A DNA stretch of 64,000 nt from Hydrolagus affinis (Eukaryota). The notes under the pieces were generated by a model. That model was given only the letters and a program-made list of their open reading frames with translations, was not told the origin of the DNA and made no database searches. The DNA lies in contig JAAILG010000524.1 in assembly GCA_012026655.1 (NCBI GenBank), forward strand, positions 1 through 64,000, in the 5' to 3' direction. Below are positions 12,241-24,726 of this stretch, in pieces. How positions within the stretch are numbered: position 1 is the first letter of the stretch; each line of letters begins with the position of its first letter. A program made the position numbers and the translations under genes.

Positions 12241-14008
12241 ATGCCAACAGAGTCTTGTGCTGCCATTTGAAATGAACCTAAGACAAAGCAGATTCCTGCT
12301 GCTATTACCTTTCCTTGAATGGGCATAGCATGGCTTTTGGCAGAGCTGGATTCAGTGTCTTCTGTGTTCATAACAGACTTTGTGTATTTAAGAGTGTACG
12401 GCTCTATATGGGTTTGCTGTCCATCTGGTTCACACAAAATCACTTGGGATGATTTATCTTTGGTTGAGAACATCTCTCAGGGTTAATAGAAAGTGTTAAA
12501 GCAAAGCAGTTTATTGTGAAATATAAAGGAGGCCATTTGCAACTTCATCTCAACCTTCCAAAATATTCCCTACCTTCTTTCTGTGAAAACACAAAGCTGC
12601 TTTATGTAATGAGTCCAATGTCCTGACCTCTACATACTTGATAACCTGTTACTACACCTGTTGATCATCACCTGTGCAAAAAAAACCTCCTAATTTCTAG
12701 CCTTAGGTATGTTTCTGCAATTGTAAAAATGAACTTCTAAAAGGAAAACAAAATCCAATACAGCTTAAAAAAAACAAAGAAAAACAAGCCAATGATTAAA
12801 GCGCACCCTTCTTTTTGTAAACAACAAATACATTATTTAAAAAAAGTTTCGAAATATATGAATAAATGTGTTCAAAAACACTAGGCCGCATATGTTACCC
12901 AGGGGTATAGCTAGTTGGTTCAAAAATTATGAAAAATGGCCAGGATATTACTACCAGACTCTGGAATAAAGCTCACATCACTTTGAATTTGGAGTTATCG
13001 TGCTTCAGATCAATACTTCTCAACAGGACAGTTACTCTCTCCCCCCCTCTCTCTCTCTCTTGTCAGGAACTGCCAGGTGGCTCATCATTTTTTTTCCTAA
13101 AACAAAGAACATATTTTGTCCTCGACAATAACACGGCAGACTTTTCTCGTCCATCACTTTTCGCAGCAATAATCAAAACAGCAAGCAAACATGTCACCCT
13201 TAAAGGGTGTCTGTCGCTTTGCATTGGTGAACAAAGCGGATTAATTGGACATATTTTGACGTTCGACGAAGTTGAAAGAGAAAAGCAAACAAACCACTCG
13301 GATAGGAACTGTTGTCAGTGGGAAATTTGGTCCCGTTGTTTCTGTTTACGAGACAAACAAGCGCTTCATTGTATAAAGATGAAGAACTTTCTATCAGTGC
13401 AGACAAGACATGTAATATGAAGTGTATGACCAGCCTTGGGGAAATATATAGAGATGGATTAAAAGATAAACAATTCAAATAAACAAACAAGGCAGCAAAA
13501 TAAACCCTCCTAACTTAACATCCTAAAACAAAACATTTGATTATTTTATTAAATAGAAAATCGTCATCGCAGAACCGTTTCAAACACTTCCACGCAATTG
13601 TAGCAAGTCAGCAGCCCCCTATAGATCTCACCACAGATTCCACAATTGTCAGAAAAGGGAATGAGTAACAAAGCAGGCTCTGAATTGACTAAGAACCACG
13701 CTGGAAGAGATAAAACACCACAACCCATCAGCAGCCACAATCACCAAATGCCTATTGAATCCTGTTAACACTATCCTCAGATTAAATAATTGCAAACATA
13801 TCACGAGACATTGCCTTATGGGGCTTCAATGGTGCTGCTGTGAATTTTATTTCATAGCATTTTTTATTGCAAGCAATGTGTTATGAAATGTCAGGAAATT
13901 CAACCAGTGCTTGCTTGATAGATGGAAGCAGAAAGTCGCCAAGAACATAAAGTGCTACAGAATTGGTAGCCACTCTAAAATACCTGAGTGGTTCAAGGCA
14001 AACCTTCC

Positions 14009-14158
14009 AACGTCATGGATTGAAGTGACCAAATTTATTATTTTTTTGAATGAATTATTACCCCCGGAAAAGCCATCCGCCAATTAACTAACAACAGTGT
14101 TGCTACTTACTGCTAGATAAACAGAGGGGTGTAGAGTAAGGAAAATTGCCAAACATTT
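14009..14158 (-). mobile_element. tRNA-SINE, older long subfamily, central part
   Basis: Reverse complement ccttactctacacccctctgtttatctagcagtaagtagc...aataataaatttggtcacttcaatccatgac. Confidence 0.7.
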
Positions 14159-15279
14159 GGCGGCAACACAGGACATAGCAACAGATGGGGGAGAATTCAG
14201 GCAATTCAAATGAGGGAGGGGAGGGAGGGAGTGAGGACAGGCAACAAGTTGGGGTTCGTCACCAACTCAGAGCAGAAGTCTGGTCGCAGACCCGGTATAC
14301 CAATGGTCAAGGTGTTGAGGCCAACTTGCAACCTACCCACTTGGGTAAAGTTAATTCATGGCCCAAGCAGATTAAGAGGGAAAAAAAGGTGGAGGGAAAG
14401 GAAACTTAACTGCATGAGGAGGGGGTTTGCCTTCGACTCAAAGATGGACACTTAAAGATCATATTTATTCTATTGCAAGATGTAATACTCAATGACTCAA
14501 AGTAATGAGATCTAAAGCGCATATGGAAATTAATTAGAAAACAAATTCTCAACAAATCAAAAAGGAGTTCCATCTTTGTGAAGCGTCAGCAGAATAGTCA
14601 TCTCGCTGCCCGGAATAGATTACAAATTGTGCAAATTAAACCAATTTACATATGCAAATGATATTGGATGGAAAATAGATTATTCTCCATACCTAAATTT
14701 CAGTTGGTGCTATCTTTATAGAACTTCATCGTTGTTAATGGGTATATATCAGATCCATACTTGTAATAATTAGCCCTACATTATTATGCAAATTAAGTTA
14801 ATTACAAAATATACTTTTGCCTATAGCTCTGAGTTTTTAATTCCTGTCTTCATAAATCTTGTGAATAATATAAGTGAGGTCGCTATTAGCTCAACGCTAA
14901 AAGGGTTTGCAGTAATGCATTATAAAGTACATTTCAGTCCTCCTTTTAACCAAATGAGTGTTGTTTTATGTAGCTGTATCACAAATAAAGAAGCTACTTT
15001 AAGTGCCTGAGAAAAGTAAACATGTTTTGTTTCTACATCAGGAGGCCAACGACAACAATAAAATTACATACGTATAGTGGCTTTCATCATGTCGGGCGGA
15101 TGTCCCAACTCACAAAAGGGCTTCACTGCAAAGTGGAATGATGGCATATTTGTAGCCAAAATTTATGACACCATATTTATTGCACCGTGTGTGAATAATT
15201 TACAGGACAACAGAGATGAAACAAATCATTGATGAAAATGGTTGAAAAATATCAGTCGATTTACTGTGTTCCCCGATTT

Positions 15280-15465
15280 TAAAAAAATAATTTGGTCACT
15301 CAATCCATGACCTTTAGTAGGACACTGCTGTGCGTAATTAATTGGCTGCCATGTTTTTCCCATAAAATATATGCTGTTGATCCACTCTACAGTGTATCCT
15401 GTGAAATGCTTTGAGATGTCTCGCAACGTGACAAGGCACATTATCAAATGTGAGATTATTATTAT
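15280..15465 (+). mobile_element. SINE 3' half
   Basis: tttggtcactcaatccatgac...gacactgctgtgcg...ctgtgaaatgctttgagatg...atcaaatgtgagattattatt. Confidence 0.85.
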
Positions 15466-16547
15466 AAGATCATTATACTGTTCATTTGTCATCTGGTGCT
15501 CAAAAGGATCAAGCTTAGTGATAAATGCAAACCAAACCTCTAATGATATTAATATCCTAATTGCATGATTGCTGTCAGAATGACTAAGATTGCAATTCTA
15601 TCCATAGAATTCTAGCCAACTAGATCGTATAATTTTGGCTGTGTTTATACTAATTACATGCAGGGCAGGGTGCTCAGGCAGGCACACTTTCAGACCAAAT
15701 CCACACTATTAGCCAACTCGTCATGTCCAGAGTTCAGACAATAGGTGGCATTTTCGAATTTCCGTGTTCATCAAGTGCGCATTGACAGTGGTTCTTTCAC
15801 TCTTTTTGGATTGCATTCAACAAATGCTCTTTCTCCTAGTGTTTCAGAACTCTTTGGCTGACGCGGGCATACTATCAGCAGCTTAAGCCGTGTACAGCCG
15901 TGTAACACATCCCTGGCCTGCCAGTAAGTTAAGATATTTTATTGCATGAAACGAGAGGATACGTTGATTTAAGTAGCGCTGTTGCACCTGCAGACCACAG
16001 GCTACAGAGTCAGACCCCATTACCTGTGCTGTCAGCTTTGATCATAGGGTCGGTGTTGCCTGCCACACTGAGTGGTAATCGGTTTCCTGGGTCTCACTGT
16101 CTCATCTACATCCAGCGCAGCATCCAAAGCTGTGGCAAAATGAAAAGCCAGTTGAGCAGGCACTCAGCAGTCTTGCGTCTCTGCACTGCTGCTGTCCCCG
16201 AACAGGCTAACCAGCCAAAAACTGCTAGCATTTCCTTTTAGGAAACTAGACATCTGATGGAGAAAGCATTTTGCCACCAGTTACGATATATTTTGTCTTA
16301 ATCTGCTTCTCTTCCTTCTATGGAATCTCTGAATTCTAAGGGAAGGCTCCAGATCACAGCTTGTTAGGCTCCAAATAACATTTCCTGATCGGTGAAGAGT
16401 TGTAGCGCAGTGAAAGTCCCATCAGTGCTTGCTTTGCTGAATGACAGCTGCAAAGTCACACTACAGCAGTGATCAGTGCTCGCAGTGATCTAGATAAAAT
16501 ATCGACAACAGTGCCTGAGCAAGTGACAAGGATATTACTTCATAATA

Positions 16548-16758
16548 AGAATAATAATCCCTCCAAAAAATCCACAATAGTAAAATTGGTCATTTCAATC
16601 CACGACTGTTTGTGGGACACTGCTGTGCGCAATTGGCTGCCGCGTCTCGCCCAATACAGTCAATTCACTTTACAGTATATTCTGTGAAGCGCTTTGAAAT
16701 GTCTCTAAGGCATGGAAAGCACCATATCAAAATGAAAGTATCACATTATTATTATATT
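16548..16758 (+). mobile_element. Young SINE, 5' truncated
   Basis: taataatccctcc...ttggtcatttcaatccacgactgtttgtgggacactgctgtgcgcaattggctgccgcg... plus tail. Confidence 0.9.
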
Positions 16759-17547
16759 GACCAACCGTTTAGACCAATACAAAGTCAAACCAAGGCACAA
16801 CAGCATTGGTACAAAGAACCAGATGTGTAATCCTCAAACCCTGGCAGTGTTCATTCGTGCAGACAACAGAGCAACATTTCGGAAGTGATTCGCACTCGTT
16901 AGGCAACAGGGCGAGTTTTTCCCACAAGATCAAATGCAGAAATCAGAAACTCTGCATGATAACCAGACACAGAATATAGCACTGCTGATAAAGGGAGCGT
17001 TTCTAAAAGGTTGTCGCTCTTGAAGTGCTAATTCCAGCCAAAGAGTCTGAAAAATACACCGTAGACCTGTCACTCAAGCATTGGGTAAAAGCTTCCATTT
17101 CATTATCATTGCATCTGTTACTTTCTTACAAGTTTATTCACCTCGACCTCCTATCGCACCTACCTGCCTGCACACTCACAATACTTTACAGTAAGTAAAC
17201 TCCTATGAAGTGTGTTGAGACGTCTCAATGAGGCGCTGTGTCAAATGCAGAGACTGTGGTTACATCTGTCTAAATGAAATACATTGCTTAGGATTTCTTG
17301 AATTAAACACAGGATTTAAAAAATATATTGGGTCTTTTCAGAGATGTCGCCACCCAACTGTCAACGGATCACAAAATAATGAAGAAGGCACTTTGATGAA
17401 TTTTTTTATATCTCACTCGGAACACAAACCTGACCATCTTCCCATTATAGCATCAAGTTGTACCTTAAGCGAGTCCACCTCTCCCGATAATTACCTTGCG
17501 AGCAAATAATGACTTTCTGGCGTTCCCCATGCGGTTGCATATAAGGA

Positions 17548-17700
17548 AAAGATCAGGGTTGGATGTCACACTTTCTATGGTTTAACAGTGATGTTCACTG
17601 TCCGTGCTTACACACACAGAAGGGCCACTTGCAGCAATCAGAGAAACTGAAACCCATGGATCAAGACACCAGCAGGAGCCAGACTTCAGCTTCTTAGGAG
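17548..17700 (+). mobile_element. Ancient second-family SINE, 3' fragment
   Basis: aagatcagggttggatgtca...tggtttaacag resembles 10591-10630. Confidence 0.4.
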
Positions 17701-17884
17701 GAAAATGAACACCAGTTCCGTCATCTGTAACACAGCTTGCCCTGCTCTCAAATATGTACTACACGGCTCCAATCAGTATTCTTTCCAAGCCTGAGAGCTA
17801 TCCCTGAAGTCATGCAGTCAGCAATTGTTTTTATTTTTTTTAAAAAAAGGGAATCTGGGTACTTTATTTATTTTTAAAAACATA

Positions 17885-18070
17885 TTGTATGCCTTCCTGC
17901 CCTGCTTCAACTATGGCTGTGAGATTGTGTTATATAGATGAACGCAGCAGCCAATGTGGATGCAGCAATGTCCCACCAAAGGCCATGAAGTGAGTGACCA
18001 ATTTTATCTCGGACATTGTTTGCCGGGTCACCGAGAGAAACTCTTTTACAGAGTCGGTGAAAGAAGAGGC
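17885..18070 (-). mobile_element. DeuSINE fragment
   Basis: gcagccaatgtggatgcagcaatgtcccacc...gaccaattttatctcggacattgtttgccggg...agaaactc. Confidence 0.65.
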
Positions 18071-18594
18071 CGTGCAAATTTAATTGAGACAATCTTGAGT
18101 ATTAAATAAATACACAATAAACTGAACAAAAAATCGTAATGGAACAAAAGCCCCTTCAGCCAACAGTCAACAAAACGCTGTGCAATTCAGTGCTTCACTC
18201 GGCCTGAAATCAACTGAGTCCAGGATTATATCACACTGCAAAGGAAAAATATCTGGAGAAATGTAATCAATGGTAGCACAGACAAACCAAAGGCTATTTG
18301 ACATTACTCACCACGCTACAATTCCAGCCAATTTCATAGCACGTCAGCTCTGCCACAACTTTATACCCTTCTCTACAGTGTGTCTAATTATTCCTGTCAT
18401 GTCTAGGGAAGATACACAAAAAAAAATCACAGAAAATCGATTAGGCTGCTAATGCACAATCTTCTGCTTTTGCTTTCAAGTAAAGCTAAACAATATATTC
18501 TCACCTGGCATGGAGACAGAAACCAAAGATCTCAAGGTGTGCAGGTTCAAAAGTTACCTGGAAGAAGACAGGTGCCTGTCTCACGTACCATGAT

Positions 18595-18672
18595 ACCCCC
18601 TCTCTTCCTACCTTCAGGTCTCGGTTAAAGACTTTTATTTTCGACCGCGCTTTTGGTCACCTTCTTCCCCCT
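18595..18672 (+). mobile_element. L2 ORF2 end fragment
   Basis: cctaccttcaggtctcggttaaagacttttattttcgaccgcgcttttggtcac (PTFRSRLKTFIFDRAFGH). Confidence 0.65.
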
Positions 18673-18694
18673 TCCCATAATCAAGGTCTCCACA

Positions 18695-19185
18695 ATAACA
18701 ACAACAACAAAATTACAGTTATATAGCACTTTTTACAGCAGGAGGATGTCTCAAAGTGCTGGACAATCAGTGTTTTGGACCCGAGATGGGGGTTGGGATC
18801 GGGGAAGGTGAAGGGTAGAGTGGGGAAGGAGGGTCTTGAAACAGGTCTTAGGCAAGGCAAGGGAGGGGGCGAGATTGTGGAATGGAGTTCCAGAGTTTGG
18901 GGGCAGGGTGTCTGAAGGCGCGCCCGCCAATGGTGAGGCCAGTGATGACCTGCAGCCTACGAGGGAGGAGTGGGGGAGGCCGACAAGCAGGGTTTGAGTT
19001 GTGGAGCCTGGATATTATGAATGTGTTTATAAGGGTCTTGACGGCCTGCGGTGTGAGACAGTGGAGGAGCCAGGTGATATTGCAAGGCTGGGAGAAGGCA
19101 GAGGAGGTCATGGCACAGATGTAGAGTAGAAAGCGGGGTCAAACAAGATGCCGAGGTTCTGGACTGACTCAGTGAGGGAGAGTGT
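18695..19185 (-). mobile_element. L2 LINE 3' fragment with internal deletion
   Basis: Minus-strand translation gives SVQNLGILFDP, AVKTLINTFIISRL and GGRAFRHPAPKLWNSIP, typical L2 ORF2 C-terminal motifs; ends in an L2 tail with (GTT)n. Confidence 0.85.
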
Positions 19186-19870
19186 ACATCCTTAGATGGT
19201 TATGCTGTCAGTGACTGAGGAGCGGATGTGCTGACGGGATATAAAATATCTGTTAATCACTGCACGCACTGAGTATAGCCAGTTTACTCTAAAATTCAAT
19301 GCTTGTTTCGGTGCATACATGCCTGCATGTAAATATTGATACTCTGTGGATTCAACAGAGGAAAAAGAGACAATTCAATGGAATCTACTACTTGCAGATG
19401 ACCTAAAATAGCAATCTTCTTCAGCTAAATCTTTACAATTGGAAATTCCAATGGAAAGACAAAGGGAAAAATGTGCTTTTATAAGCAGTGAAAATAGTTT
19501 TGAAGACGACAGTAACACACTTTTGCTGGCCTGTTCCCATAAGACTGTAAGCCTGAAAGCAATCCATGGTACAGTAATAGGATTTATCTAAAATGAAGCA
19601 TAGCAGCTTTTAAAATACATTCACTTCAAGGCTGTTTGTGGGACATTGCGGAAATACACAATTGATGGTATTAATTTGCCATAAACAACATTTGAAAAAG
19701 CAATACGACTCTGCCACTATGTGCATAAATATTTGAAGCATCCAATTAAATCATACGTACTTTTAAAATCTGCGATTGCAGAAAGTGATATACGGCAATT
19801 TTGTTTTGTTATGGATTCCTGTGGGTTGATGTGTCTGGGCAAAGGGCATTTATTGACAAATATATCCACA

Positions 19871-19990
19871 ATAATGATAGTAATCCTTGCATTTGTGTTT
19901 AGCGCCTTATCACATCTTTGAGACGTTTCAAAGCGCTTCACAGAATATACGGTAAAGTGAATTAATTGTATATTTTGTGGGCGAAATATG
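19871..19990 (-). mobile_element. SINE 3' tail
   Basis: taatccttgcattt...gcgccttatcacatctttgagacgtttcaaagcgcttcacagaatatac. Confidence 0.85.
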
Positions 19991-21671
19991 TTTTCAATTG
20001 GCAATGCCAATTGTGAAAGATATCAAGTTTATAATTGGAATATTTTTCAATTTCTATATTTGCCATTCATAAGACACAGATTTTTTTTTTTTTAAATGTA
20101 TTGAGACAGAATATTGGCTCAGAGTTTTGATAAACTATTACTGAGTGCCATTGCTTGAGTCTGTAAAGACCAACATGGCTGGGAGCAATCATGTCCCACT
20201 GCTCATATCTCGCTTCGCCACATACACTCCTGCATGTAACCAAACAGATAAAGCATATTTAAATCTGTGACCGACCACTAATAACCACCACCTGCTGGAT
20301 AAGCCACATGTTCTGTCCTCCCTCATTGAGAAGACAATTAACTAATGATATCAAGACTAAAATAACCTTAAGCCAGATAGAATATGAAACCTTTTGCAGT
20401 TAGGATTGGTTTAACCGAGCTTCACATTTAGTGAATTAGGAAAACGTATTCTGGTTGTCCTATTTGTGAATGGCGGAGACCGAAAAATGATCAAAAGACA
20501 GTACAGTCATCTAATCGCTGGGTTTCTTGTGATACGATAGAACGCGAGAGCCAAGCTCTAGCTATTTATAACGTTTTCAGTTGCTCCCACGAGACCGTTG
20601 CTCTATAATGTGTTTCTTGGCTCTTGGTAACCTGCGCCTAACACTTCCCAGAATTAGCTGAGCAGGATGCATCCCTCCACGGAGAGAGTCCATTCCATTT
20701 CAAACACAGGGGAGATTTCCACGTGTACATAGTGTACATATGTGGAGTGCTCGGTGTGATTTGGCCACTCTTAGGCATGGCGACGGTCTTGTATGATTTT
20801 TCTTTCAGAGGGCTTGTGGCTGAAGCGATTTATTTAACCGAAGCGACAGGGCCAAAATTAAATTTTCTTGTTTGCAAACGCGTGCTTAGAAGTTACTACC
20901 AAATTAAACCGCAATCTCAACCATCTCTCCCAACGCTAAATTAGCCCTAGTGACCGTACTTGCAAGCACAAAGCTGAACATTTCGGTGCTAAATATGACT
21001 AAAGTTGTGAACAACACTGTTGCAGGACAACTCTATTAGGCTTGACATCACTTTGGACAGGTAGCACAAAGAATGCAGCTCTGATCTGTTCATTGTTTCC
21101 TGCTCTCCTTCCTTTGACCTGTTTCACAAGGTAGAATGTGTTCTTCCCACCCGTGCATTCCATCTGTGGCCGCGACTGGGTCCGCAGGGCAGTGGAAAAC
21201 AGAATCCATTTTGCTCTACTGTAATCTATATTTCAAGCCTTCTGCCGCCTGCTTTTCTCAGTGGAATCAATTCAAACAGCGAGGGAATTGCCTCATCCAC
21301 TTGATTCTCCTGATTTCATCTGCCAGAACCCAATTCCAATGAGTCTCACTGAGAGACGTGCAGAAAACAAGCCAGGCATATCTGGAATCACTAAGCTCTT
21401 CCTGTTGAGATAGGTCACCAAAGATTGCAGATTTCTTACAAGAATATTACTTCAAAGGTGACCTGTTCCACTCAATAAGGTGACTGCTGTTATCTTTAAA
21501 GCGCGAGTGTTTGGATGTCATAGAAACTGGGGCCTTGATTAGAGGGCTTCGGTATGATTCCCAGCTATCAGAGGCAATCAACACTCCAGATGATACGTTC
21601 CTCTGGGTTTCAGCCAGGTTTCTAGGTGAAACAACATTTTCGTGGAGATACGAGCAGATATAATCTGCTGT

Positions 21672-22010
21672 AATAATCCTAATCCTTTGATATGGCACCA
21701 TTCACGGAAGGACAGTCATGTAAAACGAGCTTCACAGGATTTCACTACAAAGTGACTGTATTTTGCAGGTGAACTTGACAGTTAATCTGTTCACCACAAT
21801 GTCCCACAAACAGCCTTGAAGTGAATGACCCATTTTATCTGGGCAATTGTTGGCCAGCAGTCCAGCGGAAACTCCCTTTTCATTTCAAATCAGTACGATG
21901 GCATCTTCAACATCTACCGGGACAGGCAGGCGGTGCATGGGTTTCACATCTCATCTGAAGCATGGACCCTCCGTGATGCATGGCTTCTCCAATAGATACT
22001 ACCTTGTGTG
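21672..22010 (-). mobile_element. DeuSINE, head missing
   Basis: aatgtcccacaaacagc...aaactcccttt...atcttcaacatctacc...tttcacatctcatctgaag...ccctccg. Confidence 0.75.
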
Positions 22011-22119
22011 AAAGACACTGTATAATTGCAACCCGAACCTTAACGTGGACGGAGTAGGGGGTAAATTCCAGACAAACAAAGGACGATTCTAATCTAAACA
22101 AGCAATAACCCAGCTGACT

Positions 22120-22434
22120 AGTTCTGTAGCTCAGTGGTTAGAGCACTTCCCTTACAAGTGTGAGACCTGTGTTCGAATCCAGGCAGATCAGGGCAAAACC
22201 TTGGGCAAGTTTTCTTACCCCACCGCCTAAAAATAATCCCTCAAAAAAAAATTAAAAAATTGGTCATTTCAATCCACGACTGTTTGTGGGAAACTGCTGT
22301 GCACAATTGGCTGTCGCATTTCACCCACAAATGTACAGTCAATTCACTTTACAGTATATTCTGTGAAGTGCTTTGAGATGTCTAGAAGATGTGAAAAGCG
22401 CGTTATCAAATGCAAGGATTATTATTATTATTAT
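22120..22434 (+). mobile_element. tRNA-derived SINE, young family, full length with intact Pol III boxes
   Basis: A box TAGCTCAGTGG 22127-22137, B box GTTCGAATCC 22171-22180, complete body and (ATT)n tail. Confidence 0.95.
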
Positions 22435-24726
22435 AGAGTTGCTGATTAACAAAGAACTGCACTTCAGAAACGTTATGCAACATCACGTCTAATGGACGAG
22501 TGAGAGCGACATCCGCGACAAAGTCTCAGCCAGTTCCAAAACTCCTGTGAGATTTAAAAATTTACATAAATTTACAACTCTCCCAAACTCCAATGCAAAC
22601 TGAGAACAGATAAAGGGGAATCGGTTCACAATTCTACGCGTTAAATCTTCATCATCAAATACGAAAGCAAAATAAAGGAAACCCAGGCGATGGACAGCAG
22701 ATCGATCAGAGCCTGAAACAGAAAGAGAAAAACACCACCCATTTGATTGCGACCTTTGTCAGAACGGGAAGCGTGGAGATGACATTTCACAGCTGAAACA
22801 TTTTCAGACAGGAGCATATTGACCTGCCATGAATTTCTAGCCATTCCCTGATTTTATTTGGGATTTGCAGCATTCGTCGGGCAATACCGTTTGCATTTAT
22901 ACGGCGCCTTTCATATCCGGAGGGCGTCTCGAAGAGTTGTACGTTTTCCCTGTGTCCTTTTTTTTCCCAACAAGGGGGAACGAAAGGCTAAAAAAGACAG
23001 ACAGCCCCCCAAAAAATGATAGTTACACCCGAGGTGGTTTGGTTCATGTGTAAATCACCAAATAATCAACTCGGTCTGAGGTAAACACAAGCAACGAACT
23101 CATGAACCCGTGACCTGAGGGGAAAGGTCAGAGAGCTGCCAGCTCAGCAGTTATCTAGCCCTTCACATCACCCGCAGCTTCCTTGAAATATATTAAAGTC
23201 TTCAACGCTGTCACAACCATCCATGAAAACCAGGTCTGATGTCTCAGCTGACTCTCTTCTCCACCCCCATTCATTGTGTATTTCATAAAGAGCAAAGCGT
23301 CAAGTAAACAAGTAGATCAATTTTACCTTATGAACATCTTTGTATGAGCTACTGAACTTCTGACTTATTTCCCAGCCTAATCACTTTGTTAGACTCGGGC
23401 AAAACAGGATCCAGGTTTGCTGTTTACATTAAAAGACTGCCTGCAGACAGAATCAAGGTCGCTGTACTGCAATATAACAGGATTAAAGAAGCTGGCAGGT
23501 AGCAGAATATAAAATCAGTCTTCCCTTCGCTATAAACATGCACTTGCAACAAGCTATCGACTAAATGCGGCATTTGTTAAAAGCATTGGCATTCACAAGT
23601 GCACCAGGAGAATCTCCGCACAATTTCAGGCTGTCATTCAACGCAGTGTAAAGCCGTCTGATTGCAGCTAAGACTAACTGTGAGGGAAGCCATGTTGTGG
23701 CAGAAACATTGGCTGAATTTAACTCTTCAAAATCCTGAACAGAAAGAAGAATTATCAGACATACATTGGAGGGAGGGAGAAGGGACGTGGAAGAGCATTG
23801 AGCTCTGCAAATTGTGTGCGCATGACTTTGCAGCAGTCACATTGCACTGATTTATGTTGAGTTTACCTTGCCCTGCACTGGCAATAGCTGGCTGGTAGAG
23901 GCGAAAGTCATCATGAGTAACAGTGAGTACCAGCCGATTTCGTATAACTGCACGTACACTATCAGACACGTGCAATGTGGAAGCACAGAGAGACAATGCA
24001 ATTCACCTGACAAGTAAATAACAGTGGCAAGAGAAAGGCGTCTGACAATCAGACTGTTTCCCATTCTCCTCTTAACTGTGCGCTTGTTTGGGTTCTATAA
24101 GATGGCAGTAGGAATTAAAATAAACACAATGGCAACAGTAAGAATTGCGCCCAGTTGTCAGTCTTGCCATTTCATGTCACCTGAGTGCAGATAGTAAAGA
24201 AGAGTATTAGACAGCATTCGAGACAGTACTAACTGCATACAAAATTAAGTATTGCTGATTCATGTGTGTATTCTGTCCCGTTTCATTTGTATTAACAAGA
24301 TAACAGGTTACAAAAAGGGTCAAAACCTAGTTTTGCTTGGTTGACGTTCACCTGTTCCTTTGAAAGTGTATAGTGAGAATCCGTTATTACATTAAGTTGG
24401 CCAATAACTCACAAGTGACAAAGCACTGAGTGAGTTATGGTTAGTGCCATGAATGGAATATAAATCATACCCCGAGGGTCTTCTTAATGTATTCTGTTTA
24501 TACCACACACCGAACGTTAACCCGCTGGAGAATTAGGGAAGGATGTTTGGGTAGAGATAACGCTGATGTATTTTTTTTTGGTGGTGCTCTGGATTCTTTA
24601 GTAGTTTCTTTCCACTAGGCTGGAGATATTAGCAAGTGCTAATCGGACGCTTTGCTGCACTTTTAGGATGGTATACATTGAGTAATCGCTTCAGATCCAT
24701 TGGCAAAGGACAGCTCCAGTAATGAG

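Noticed and set aside
18848-19111. Functional protein-coding ORF
   Set aside because: It is a frameshifted, internally deleted L2 ORF2 remnant.
22120-22190. tRNA gene (Val-TAC-like anticodon loop cttacaa, intact A/B boxes); similar at 1432, 10437, 32710, 58992
   Set aside because: No proper acceptor stem, and each continues into the same SINE body and tail; these are SINE heads.
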